Source: Acidimicrobiales bacterium (GTDB taxonomy: Bacteria; Actinomycetota; Acidimicrobiia; Acidimicrobiales; JAJPHE01). From it: a DNA stretch of 64,000 bases. The stretch covers positions 5,167 through 69,166 of the forward strand of contig DASRBO010000190.1 of the NCBI GenBank assembly GCA_035653595.1, given 5' to 3'. The first letter of the stretch is position 1. Every line of letters begins with the position of its first letter. This document shows, piece by piece, positions 37,415 to 46,098 of this stretch. The notes under the pieces are model-generated. The model was not told the origin of the DNA, made no database searches, and saw only the letters and a list, made by a program, of their open reading frames with translations. The translations under genes and the position numbers were made by a program.

Positions 37415-38706
37415 GAGCTCATCCCGGCTCCGACCTGGTGGCGGAAGGCGACCGACAGCGGCACCCGGGGCCGCAGCTCGACGACCTGGCATCCGAGGGC
37501 AGAGGCCCGACCGAGGGTGTCCACCGACTCCTCGCCATAGAGCAGGGCGGCGACCAGGACGGAGAGGCCTCGGCCGAGCAGCTGGTCGAGGGCCCCCGCC
37601 GCCTTGGCGTCCAAGCGGGGTGTGATCAGCACCAGGTGCTGGTTGCGGGCCACGCTGTTGGCCACCCGCTGGATGGCGACATGGAGGGGGGCGTTGCGCA
37701 CCCGCTCGATCCGGGCGAGCGCGTCGAGGTACTCGATGCGGGCCTTCGCCGTGCGCAGGGGCGGCAGGATGGCGGCCTCGCTGCCCTCAAGCGTCACCGA
37801 GAAGCCGTCCCGGAGATGGCGCACCCCCACCGAGGCGGCCGCCTTCACCCCCGCCTCGAACGAGGCGCTCACCTCACCTGCGGTGTGGTTGGCGGCGTCC
37901 TGGTCCAGGAGGATGGTGACGCGGTCGGTGATCCCCTGCTCGGCTTCGCGCACCAGCAACTGGCCGGTGCGGGCGTAGGCCCGCCACACGATGCGGCGGA
38001 TGTCGTCGCCCGGGTTGTACTGGCGCATGCCGTAGAACTCGAGGCCCTGGGGCCATGGACGGGAGACGGGCGGGCGGATGGGCGGGTCCTCGAACATCCG
38101 GGTGAGCGGGCGGTCCTCCACCTGCTCCACGCTGGGGTGCACCAGCAGCTCGACCGGCTCGACCAGGACCGCCTCCCGGCGGGTCAGCCCGAACGGGTCT
38201 CCCCAGCGCACGACCAGGGGGCCGAGCCGGTAGGCGCCCCGCCGTCGGCACGTCAGCTTGTAGGCGAAGCTCACTCCGTCGCCGGATTCGGCCGTGGCCA
38301 CCGGCACCTGAACGGCGTCGCCGAGGGCGTCGGGGACCCGCTCTTCGAGGATGAAGGTCGACACCCGCCGGGCGGCGGACAGCTCGACAGACATGGCGAC
38401 CGTCTCGCCCTCGGCCAGGCGGGGCCGTGACTCGGACCGCCTGCCCTCGACCGGCAGGGGCCGGCGTCCGATGACGTAGGACGCCACCAGGACCGCCAGC
38501 AGTCCGTAGGACAGGAGGTAGAGGGGCCGCCCTCCGACCGTCCGGCCGAGGAGCCATGCGACCACGACCAGCACCACCAGGGCCATGCCCGACCAGGTGA
38601 GCCCGGTCACCCGCTCCACCGCCGCCTGGGCGCGCCGGACCGCACCGCCACGCGCCGGGGGGCGGGCGACGGTGGTGACAGGTGCGGTGACGGCGGTCGC
38701 GGTCAT
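37411..38706 (-). CDS. DUF58 (VWA-like) domain protein, MoxR partner
   Basis: 431 aa. Two N-terminal TM helices and the DUF58 core ...YNPGDDIRRIVWRAYARTGQLLVREAEQ...VTILLDQ. ATGA overlap with the moxR-like stop. Confidence 0.85.
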   Translation of the reverse strand: MTATAVTAPVTTVARPPARGGAVRRAQAAVERVTGLTWSGMALVVLVVVAWLLGRTVGGRPLYLLSYGLLAVLVASYVIGRRPLPVEGRRSESRPRLAEGETVAMSVELSAARRVSTFILEERVPDALGDAVQVPVATAESGDGVSFAYKLTCRRRGAYRLGPLVVRWGDPFGLTRREAVLVEPVELLVHPSVEQVEDRPLTRMFEDPPIRPPVSRPWPQGLEFYGMRQYNPGDDIRRIVWRAYARTGQLLVREAEQGITDRVTILLDQDAANHTAGEVSASFEAGVKAAASVGVRHLRDGFSVTLEGSEAAILPPLRTAKARIEYLDALARIERVRNAPLHVAIQRVANSVARNQHLVLITPRLDAKAAGALDQLLGRGLSVLVAALLYGEESVDTLGRASALGCQVVELRPRVPLSVAFRHQVGAGMSS

Positions 38707-39737
38707 CGGGCCGCAGCAGCCACCGGTCGGCTCGAGGAGCTGCGCCGGCGGGTCGGCCGGGCGGGGGCACCGTCCTGGTCGGCGCTGGTGGCGCTCACCA
38801 TCGGCGGCTTGATGCGCCCGACGACCCGCTCGAGGATGTCGGCGACTCCTTCCCCCCGGAGCACGGCGTCGGGGGTCATCATCACCCGGTGACCGAGCAC
38901 CGGGGTGAGCAGGGCCTTGATGTCCTCCGGATAGACCTGCTGGCGTCCGTCGGCCGCCGCCATGACCCTCGATGCCTTGGCCAGGGCTATCGAGGCCCTC
39001 GGCCCGGCACCCATGAGCAGGGCGGGCTCCTGGCGGGTGGCCGCGGTGATCTCCAGCAGGTAGGTCTCGACCGCCGTCGACAGCTTGACCTCGGAGGCGA
39101 GGCTCACCATCTCCAGCACCTCCTTGGGGGTCAGGACCGGCTCGAGGTCCTCCACCTGGAGGTGGGTCGCGTTGCCCCGGATGACCGCCCGCTCGGCCTC
39201 GAGGTCGGGGTAGCCCATGGTGAGCTTGAAAAGGAAGCGGTCCAGCTGCGCCTCGGGCAGGGGGAAGGTTCCGGCCAGCTCCACCGGGTTCTGGGTGGCC
39301 AGAACGAGGAAGGGCTGGGGCAGCTGGTGGGTCGTGCCGTCCACGCTGACGCTGCGCTCGGCCATGGCCTCAAGCAGGGCCGACTGGGTCTTCGGTGTGG
39401 CCCGGTTGATCTCGTCGACCAGGACGATGTTGGCGAACACCGGACCGGGCCGGAAGACGAACTTCATGGTCTTGGTCTCGATCACCGAGGACCCGGTGAT
39501 GTCGCCGGGGAGCATGTCGGGGGTGCACTGCACCCGGGCCATCTGGGCGTGCATCGACGAACCCAGTGCCCGCGCCAGCACCGACTTGCCCACGCCGGGC
39601 ACGTCCTCGAAGAGGATGTGCCCTCCGGCACAGATGGCCACCAGCGACAGCCGGACGACGTCGTCCTTGCCGTGGATCACCGTGTTGACGTTCGAGACGA
39701 ACTGCTCGAACAGCTTCCTGAACCTGGTTACGTCCAT
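38703..39737 (-). CDS. MoxR-family AAA+ ATPase
   Basis: 344 aa. Walker A is GVPGVGKS and Walker B is LVDEINRA. The segment ...LATQNPVELAGTFPLPEAQLDRF... is characteristic of MoxR/AAA_3. Confidence 0.92.
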   Translation of the reverse strand: MDVTRFRKLFEQFVSNVNTVIHGKDDVVRLSLVAICAGGHILFEDVPGVGKSVLARALGSSMHAQMARVQCTPDMLPGDITGSSVIETKTMKFVFRPGPVFANIVLVDEINRATPKTQSALLEAMAERSVSVDGTTHQLPQPFLVLATQNPVELAGTFPLPEAQLDRFLFKLTMGYPDLEAERAVIRGNATHLQVEDLEPVLTPKEVLEMVSLASEVKLSTAVETYLLEITAATRQEPALLMGAGPRASIALAKASRVMAAADGRQQVYPEDIKALLTPVLGHRVMMTPDAVLRGEGVADILERVVGRIKPPMVSATSADQDGAPARPTRRRSSSSRPVAAAAR

Positions 39738-39798
39738 GTCCCGTGCTCCGATTCCTCGTTGCCTTGCCGGATGTTGATGCCCTGCACGCCTCTGCCGC

Positions 39799-42700
39799 CT
39801 ACTGCCTCACCGAGCGGTTGATGACCTCCTCCGAGGTCCCCAGGTATGAGGCCACCACCTGGGGATGCTCGAGGACCTCGTCGGCCGGTCCCCGCACCAC
39901 GAAGGTGCCCTGGTCCAGGGCGATGAGCTCAGGTGCCACCGACACCAGCAGCGGCATGTCGTGCTCGATCACCAGCATGCTGCAGCCCGTGTCCTGCTGG
40001 ATCCGTCGCAGGAGCGGCCCCAGCTCCTCAGCCTCCCGCTGGGCGATGCCGGAGGACGGCTCGTCGAGCAGGAGGACCTTCGGTTCGGTCGCCAGCACGC
40101 AGGCCATGTCCACCAGGCGGCGCTGGCCGGTCGACAGCTCACGCACGAACTTGTTGCGCAGCGCCTGAAGGCCGAACATCTCCACCAGGCGCTCGATGCG
40201 CCTCTCCAGCCGCGCCTCGCCTCGGGTGACCGTCGGGATGCGCAGCGCCGCCAGGGTGGCGCTCTTGGTCGGCAGCTGCCGGTCGAGGGCGACGGCCAGG
40301 TTCTCGGACACGGTGAGGGCGGGGAAGAGCCGGGCGTCCTGGAAGGACCGCAGAAGCCCCAGGGCTGAGCGCTGGTCCGGACCGAACGAGGTGAGGTCCT
40401 GGCCCTGCATGACCACTGAGCCCGAATCGGGCGTGATGAACCCGCTGATCAGGTCGAACAGCGTCGTCTTGCCGGCGCCGTTGGGACCGATTATCCCCAG
40501 GATCTGTCCGTGGTCGAGGGTGAAGCTCACGTCGTTGACGGCGTTGACGCCTCCGAAGCGCTTGGTCATGCCGCGCACCTCGAGCGCCGGCCCTTCCTCC
40601 TCCGGAGCGGTCAGCGGAGCGGAGGATGACATCCGCACCCGGCCCGATCCCCGCAGGTACACCGAGCGGAGGATGTCCGAACGGGCCATGAGCTCGGCCG
40701 TCGGCCCGCTGAAGCGAACCTCGCCCTTCTCCATGAAAACGGCCCGGTCGGCCACGGTCAGGGCGACGTTCACCGACTGCTCGACCAGGATGACGGTGGT
40801 CCCCTGCTGGTGGATGGCCCTTACCGCCTCGATGAGCCGGGTGACCAGCACGGGTGAAAGGCCGAGGGACAGCTCGTCGATCATCAGCAACCGGGGCCTG
40901 GACAGGAAGGCCTGGGCCAGGGCCACCATCTGCTGCTCGCCTCCGGACAGGTTGCCGGCGGCGTTGTCGAGGTGGTCCACCAGCTCGGGGAACAGGTCGA
41001 GCACGGAGCGAGTCCGTACAGTGGCTTCGTCGGGGTGGACCCATCCGGCCAGGCGTAGGTTCTCGGCCACGGTCAGGGTGGGGAACACCCCCTTGCCCCC
41101 AGGCATCATCACGATCCCCCTGGCGGCGTGCTCGTGGGCCGGCAGGTGGGTGATGTCCTCCCCGTCGCAGAAGATGGCGCCGTTGGCCGCCTCGGTCAGG
41201 CCGCTGATCGCCCGGAGGAGGGTGGACTTGCCCGCCCCGTTGGTCCCGAGCAGGGCGATGATCTCGCCCTCGTCCACCTCGAAGTCCACGTTGAACAGGA
41301 CCTGGACCGGCCCGTAGGCCACGTCGAGGTCGCGGGCGACGAGCAGCTTGGCCTGACCGGCGGCCTTCGCATCGCGGGAGACCTTGGCCGCCATGGCGGC
41401 GGCGGCGGCGGCCCGGATGTCGCCGGCGACGCTGCTGGCGGCCGAGGCGATGATGATCGAGCCGATGGCGAAGACCGGGGCCAGCGAGCCGATACCCACC
41501 CGGATGCCGTGGTGGTCGCCCATGTAGCCGGCGAAGAAGAAGAACAGGTAGCCGGGCAGGATCGCCAGCGCTCCCAGCGACAGGGCCAGGGCCCGGGCCC
41601 GGGCCGGCACGACCAGCGAGAGCAGGGCCTGCGACGCCGGCGCCAGGATCGTCGCCATGAAGTTGAGCAGGCAGGACAGCCCCACCGCCACGAGCAGGTT
41701 GGGTGCGGCGGCGATCCCGAGGATGGCGAGGGCCGAGGCGACGCCCATCCCGCCGGCGTAGGCGATGACCCGGGCCGGCCTCTCCTTGAGAAAGGCGTTG
41801 CCGAGCACTCCCCCGACGAGAAGGCCGAGCAGGGCGAAGGGCTGCTGCACCGCCAGGAAGACCCCGCGCAGTCCCGGGCCGACGTTGAAGACCTGGTCGT
41901 AGTAGAGGGAGGTGAGGGTGGCGAGCCCGAGGAGGCCGCCGACCAGGAAGGGCAGGCTCCAGATGATCCGGCGCAGTGTCCGCACGCTCCACGCCACCCG
42001 CACCGACTCGCCGAACGACGGCGGCCGCTCCTCCTCGAGAGCCTCCTCCTCGGTCGCCCCCATCGCCCGACGCTCCTGCTCGCCCCGGACCGGCTCCCTC
42101 AGGACGAAGAAGCAGACCCAGGTCAGCAGCAGGGCGGGAACGGCCAGGATGATGAAGGTGACCTGCCACAGCGTTATGGCGGCGATGGCGCCGGCGACCA
42201 GCGGTCCCACGGCGCTGCCCGCCTCGTAGGCCATCTGACGGAAGGTGAACACGCCCGGTCGCACCGCTGGCGGGTACCAGTCCGACAGCAGCGACTGGTG
42301 CACGGCGTCGGTCGTCCGGTTCAGGCCGGCGCCGGCCCGGGCGATGGCGAAGAGCACCACGGCGGGGACGATGCCGCTGGCGAGGGCGAAGACCCCCAGG
42401 CAGAGGGAACCGAGGCCGGCCAGCCAGGTCCTCCGCCGGCGGTCGGCCAGGTAGCCGACCGGCACCGTCAGGAGGATGGTCGCCAGGGTGGCCAGTCCCA
42501 CCAGGACGGTGATGCCCGTCAGGTCGAGGCCGAAGAAGTCCTTGACCTCGGGAGCCAGGGCGGCGAAGGCCTGCTTGTCGAACTGGTCGAGGAAGGTGAT
42601 GCCGGCCAGGACCAGCAGCGGGGTGCCTGGGGTTCCGCCGGTGGCCACCGACGGCCGCAGGTTGTCGGCGAAGGTGAACACCCAGCCCCGCTGGCGGCGC

Positions 42701-42903
42701 TGGCGGGGGATGGGGTCTCCGTCCACCACGGCCGGGGCGGACCCTCCGTCGCCTTGTGGCTCCAGCCGCAGGGGGGCCAGATCCATGACCAGCTCACCGT
42801 CGACGGGCGGGGACTCCGGAGAGGGATCCGTCGCCGGCACGTACGCCTCGGTCGTGGCAAGCCGCTTGCGGCCCCCGTTGCCCGAGCCCTGGGTCCGAGC
42901 CAT
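39799..42903 (-). CDS. Triple fusion: MFS-type 12-TM domain + LivF-like ABC ATPase + LivG-like ABC ATPase (HAAT family)
   Basis: Single uninterrupted ORF. ATG 42903 (TGATG overlap with the permease stop) is preferred, and GTG 42915 is possible. The MFS motif A is VGYLADRRRRTW. The first NBD is LLGTNGAGKSTLL...LSGGEQQM...LLMIDELSLGL (LivF-like). The second NBD is IIGPNGAGKTTLF...LSTGQRRL...LLLDEPSSGI (LivG-like). Confidence 0.85.
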   Translation of the reverse strand: MARTQGSGNGGRKRLATTEAYVPATDPSPESPPVDGELVMDLAPLRLEPQGDGGSAPAVVDGDPIPRQRRQRGWVFTFADNLRPSVATGGTPGTPLLVLAGITFLDQFDKQAFAALAPEVKDFFGLDLTGITVLVGLATLATILLTVPVGYLADRRRRTWLAGLGSLCLGVFALASGIVPAVVLFAIARAGAGLNRTTDAVHQSLLSDWYPPAVRPGVFTFRQMAYEAGSAVGPLVAGAIAAITLWQVTFIILAVPALLLTWVCFFVLREPVRGEQERRAMGATEEEALEEERPPSFGESVRVAWSVRTLRRIIWSLPFLVGGLLGLATLTSLYYDQVFNVGPGLRGVFLAVQQPFALLGLLVGGVLGNAFLKERPARVIAYAGGMGVASALAILGIAAAPNLLVAVGLSCLLNFMATILAPASQALLSLVVPARARALALSLGALAILPGYLFFFFAGYMGDHHGIRVGIGSLAPVFAIGSIIIASAASSVAGDIRAAAAAAMAAKVSRDAKAAGQAKLLVARDLDVAYGPVQVLFNVDFEVDEGEIIALLGTNGAGKSTLLRAISGLTEAANGAIFCDGEDITHLPAHEHAARGIVMMPGGKGVFPTLTVAENLRLAGWVHPDEATVRTRSVLDLFPELVDHLDNAAGNLSGGEQQMVALAQAFLSRPRLLMIDELSLGLSPVLVTRLIEAVRAIHQQGTTVILVEQSVNVALTVADRAVFMEKGEVRFSGPTAELMARSDILRSVYLRGSGRVRMSSSAPLTAPEEEGPALEVRGMTKRFGGVNAVNDVSFTLDHGQILGIIGPNGAGKTTLFDLISGFITPDSGSVVMQGQDLTSFGPDQRSALGLLRSFQDARLFPALTVSENLAVALDRQLPTKSATLAALRIPTVTRGEARLERRIERLVEMFGLQALRNKFVRELSTGQRRLVDMACVLATEPKVLLLDEPSSGIAQREAEELGPLLRRIQQDTGCSMLVIEHDMPLLVSVAPELIALDQGTFVVRGPADEVLEHPQVVASYLGTSEEVINRSVRQ

Positions 42904-45086
42904 CAGAAGGTCCACCTCCGCCCGGCCTGGCTGCCGCCCGCCACCCGGATGCGCGACGGGAGCCGGTAGTGCACCGGCACCGGCTCACCGTCGTCGGGAC
43001 GGGGCGCCACCGGGGCCCGCTCGCCCCTCCCCTCCACCAGCAGGCGGTCGGGCAGGAGGCTGGGCACCCAGATGCGCCGGCGGATGGCCACCCGCCGCAG
43101 CACGGCGTCGCGGGCGGCGTAGGCCAGCGCCCCCAGACCACCGGGGAAGAACAGCAGCACCAGCAGCACCCCGACGGCGCTCGCCAGGAGCTGGGCCACC
43201 GCCCCGTGGAGGACGAAGCTCACTACGGCGAAGTACAGCGCCCCCAGCAGGGCGCCCTGGATGGATCCGAGCCCGCCGATGACGGCGGCCAGAAAGATGT
43301 TGACGCTCTGGTCCGGGCCGAAGGCGTCCGGGCTGACCTGGTGCTCCTGGACCGCCAGGAGCACCCCGGCGAAGGCGGCAATGAAGCCTGATAGGGCGAA
43401 GGTGGCCAGCCGGGTGCGCACCAGGTTCACGCCCAGGGCCTGGGCGGTCCGCTCGTTCTCCCTCATGGCGATCAGGACCCGGCCGGTCCGGGTCCGCCGC
43501 AGCCCGATGGCGGCATACCAGACCCCGATCAAGGCGGCCAGGCAGAGGTAGTAGAAGACACGCTCGTCGGTGGTCTTGATGGAGAAAAGAGAGGGCCGGT
43601 TCACCGATGGCGCGATGAGGTTGCCGAAGTAGGTCCGGTTCACCCCGACCGTCGCCATGGCCACGGCGAAGGCGAGGGTGGTGACCGCCAGGTAGAGCCC
43701 GCGCACCCGCAGCGATGCGAAGCCGAGCACCACCGCCACGGCCGCCCCCGACAAGGAGCCGAGCAGTAGAGCGACGAGGAAGGGCAGTCCGGCCCGCCCG
43801 TAGAGAGCGCCGCCGAAGACCGCGCCCACTGCGGCGAGAGCCCATTGGCCCAGGCTGACCTGGCCCCCCCAGCCGGTGAGCACGACCAGCGAGACGATGA
43901 CCATGCCGTCGATCAGGAAGCTGGTCGCCAGGCTGGTCTGGCTCGGTGACAGGACGAAGGGTATCCCCACGATCACCACGCCCAGCAGCCCCGTCAGGCG
44001 GCGCACGCCCGAGCGGACGGTGGGCAGGTGGGCCAGCTCCGGCGGGATGGGCCTGACCTCCTCGGTCGCCGCCCACGAGCTGACCGCCCCCTCGTCCACC
44101 CGCATCAGGCGGCGCCGGCGAAGGAGGAGCGCCACCAGGATCAGGCCCAGGAGGGCAACGTCGACGATGGCGCTCTGGGAGAAGTCGAAGAACACGACCT
44201 CCTGGAACACGGCGATGCCCAGGGACGCCACCACCGCCATCGGCAGGTTGTCCATGCCGGCCACGACAGCGGCGGCCAGCCCGATCAGCAGCTGCTCGGT
44301 GCCCAGGCCGGAGCTGCCGACCGATCCGCCCTGATAGCCGACTATGGGCACGACCAGGATGGCGGCGAGACCGGAGAGGCCGGCGCCGAGGGTCCACACC
44401 AGGGTCGACAGCGTGCGGGTGTTGATGCCCAGGAGCGAGGCCCGGTCGGCGTTCTCCGCCGCGCCGCGCACGGCGATGCCTCGCCTGCTCAGACGGAAGA
44501 AGGCGATCATCCCCCCCAGGGCGGCCACGGTGACCAGGACGAGGAAGACCTGGTCGCCGGTGAAGACCACCGGGAAGGCCTGCCAGCGCAGGTGGCTGAA
44601 CGGCGTGCGGGGCTGGCCGGGCTGGAAGTTGTGGTCGCCCACCAGTCCGGGCACCGCCCCGGCCAGGGCCGCCAGGAGCTGGCCGATGCCGATGGTGACG
44701 ACCAGCACTATGAGCCGGGCGGACCCGAAGAAGCGTCGGATGAACAGGAACTCGACGACGGTCCCCGCCACCGCCGAAGCGACGAGGGCGATCGGCAGAG
44801 CCGCCCAGTACGGGAAGCTCAGATAGGAGACCATCTCGTAGAAGAGAGCGGCGCCGATGAGCCCGAAGCTGGCATGGGCGAAGTTGATGACCCGGCTGGC
44901 CCGGTAGATGAGGACCAGGCCCACGGCGAAGAGGGCGTTGGCGCAGCCGAATACGCAGGAGTAGGCGAGCACCGACAGGTCGCTGTGGCCGGTGCCGGCA
45001 CGGAGCGCGACGGCGCCGACGACGAAGATGCCGACGAGGCCGGCGGTGTAGAGGAGGCTCGAGCGGGCCCGGGCGAGGGTGGTCAC
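42903..45086 (-). CDS. Fused LivH-LivM type branched-chain-amino-acid-family ABC permease
   Basis: 727 aa with a GTG start. It has two BPD_transp_2-like halves: the LivH-like ...GLVLIYRASRVINFAHASFG... and the LivM-like ...LTGWGGQVSLGQWALAAVGA.... Confidence 0.85.
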   Translation of the reverse strand: MTTLARARSSLLYTAGLVGIFVVGAVALRAGTGHSDLSVLAYSCVFGCANALFAVGLVLIYRASRVINFAHASFGLIGAALFYEMVSYLSFPYWAALPIALVASAVAGTVVEFLFIRRFFGSARLIVLVVTIGIGQLLAALAGAVPGLVGDHNFQPGQPRTPFSHLRWQAFPVVFTGDQVFLVLVTVAALGGMIAFFRLSRRGIAVRGAAENADRASLLGINTRTLSTLVWTLGAGLSGLAAILVVPIVGYQGGSVGSSGLGTEQLLIGLAAAVVAGMDNLPMAVVASLGIAVFQEVVFFDFSQSAIVDVALLGLILVALLLRRRRLMRVDEGAVSSWAATEEVRPIPPELAHLPTVRSGVRRLTGLLGVVIVGIPFVLSPSQTSLATSFLIDGMVIVSLVVLTGWGGQVSLGQWALAAVGAVFGGALYGRAGLPFLVALLLGSLSGAAVAVVLGFASLRVRGLYLAVTTLAFAVAMATVGVNRTYFGNLIAPSVNRPSLFSIKTTDERVFYYLCLAALIGVWYAAIGLRRTRTGRVLIAMRENERTAQALGVNLVRTRLATFALSGFIAAFAGVLLAVQEHQVSPDAFGPDQSVNIFLAAVIGGLGSIQGALLGALYFAVVSFVLHGAVAQLLASAVGVLLVLLFFPGGLGALAYAARDAVLRRVAIRRRIWVPSLLPDRLLVEGRGERAPVAPRPDDGEPVPVHYRLPSRIRVAGGSQAGRRWTF

Positions 45087-45087
45087 C

Positions 45088-46098
45088 TCAGGCCACCCCG
45101 TGCACCAGAGCGCCGAGGGAGCTGACGCTGATGACCTGATCCGGCCCGGGCGCGGCCACCGAGCGCGACGGAACCGTGCCGGTCAGGTCGACGATCACGA
45201 TCTGGAGGGCGCGGGTGTCCTGGTCCAGCCTCTGGATGAACGACACGGCAAAGCCGCCCAGGTGACCGTGCGGGTCGAGCCACACCTCCCCGGGGAAAAC
45301 GGTGGCGGTGACGGCATTGGCCTGCAACACCCGGGCCACGACCTGCTTGGAGGTGTCGGCCATGCCCTTCTCGGCCTTGTCCAGATCGAAGTTCACCCGG
45401 TAGAACCGGTAGCCGGCCGACTCCGCCGTCGTGGTACGGGACTCGGAAGTCGGCTTGACGCTTCCCGTCAGGGTTCCCGCCACCAGCCGGAGGAGCAGGG
45501 CCGGGTTGAAGGCGAAGCTGCCCGCCGCCTGATCCTGCGCCTGGCGGGGAAGGCTGGCGAAGTCGAGGCTCACCCAGGGACGGGAGGTGCCCAGTCCCCC
45601 CGAGGCAGCCCCTCCGGCCTGGGCGCCCGACCCGCCGAGGCCGCTGATCCCCCCCGCCAGGGCCCCGAGGCTGGCGCTCGCCGGGGCTGACAGGACCATC
45701 AGGTTGGACACCCCGCCGCCGGCGGCGTTGAGCAGGCTCTGCACGTCGGACGAGCCAGGCCCGGGCCGGCGCTCGTACATGCGGTTGGGGGTGAAGATCA
45801 GAGCCGGCGGTTGACCCGCCGCCGTCGACACCTGGGCCTCCCCGCGGCCCGGGTACACGACCATGGCCAGCGGCCCGGCCTTCGCCGCCCTTATTCGCTG
45901 GGGCCCCGGGGCGGTTGGGCGGGGCCCGGGCAGCGGAACCACCTGTACGGAGAGGGTGCCGGCGACCCCCCCGGCGGACAGGGCCGACTGGGCGGCGCCG
46001 ATGATCCGGTCGGCCGTGGCCTGCTTGGCCGCCACCCCGCAGGCCGACGCGCCGAGGGTTGTGGCGGCGAGCGCCAGGAAGACCAGGGCGCGCCTCAC
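45088..46098 (-). CDS. Hypothetical lipoprotein embedded in ABC operon
   Basis: GTG 46098 forms a GTGA overlap with the SBP stop. The lipobox reads MRRALVFLALAATTLGASAC. There is a Gly/Ala/Ser-rich middle region. No family recognised. Confidence 0.65.
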   Translation of the reverse strand: MRRALVFLALAATTLGASACGVAAKQATADRIIGAAQSALSAGGVAGTLSVQVVPLPGPRPTAPGPQRIRAAKAGPLAMVVYPGRGEAQVSTAAGQPPALIFTPNRMYERRPGPGSSDVQSLLNAAGGGVSNLMVLSAPASASLGALAGGISGLGGSGAQAGGAASGGLGTSRPWVSLDFASLPRQAQDQAAGSFAFNPALLLRLVAGTLTGSVKPTSESRTTTAESAGYRFYRVNFDLDKAEKGMADTSKQVVARVLQANAVTATVFPGEVWLDPHGHLGGFAVSFIQRLDQDTRALQIVIVDLTGTVPSRSVAAPGPDQVISVSSLGALVHGVA

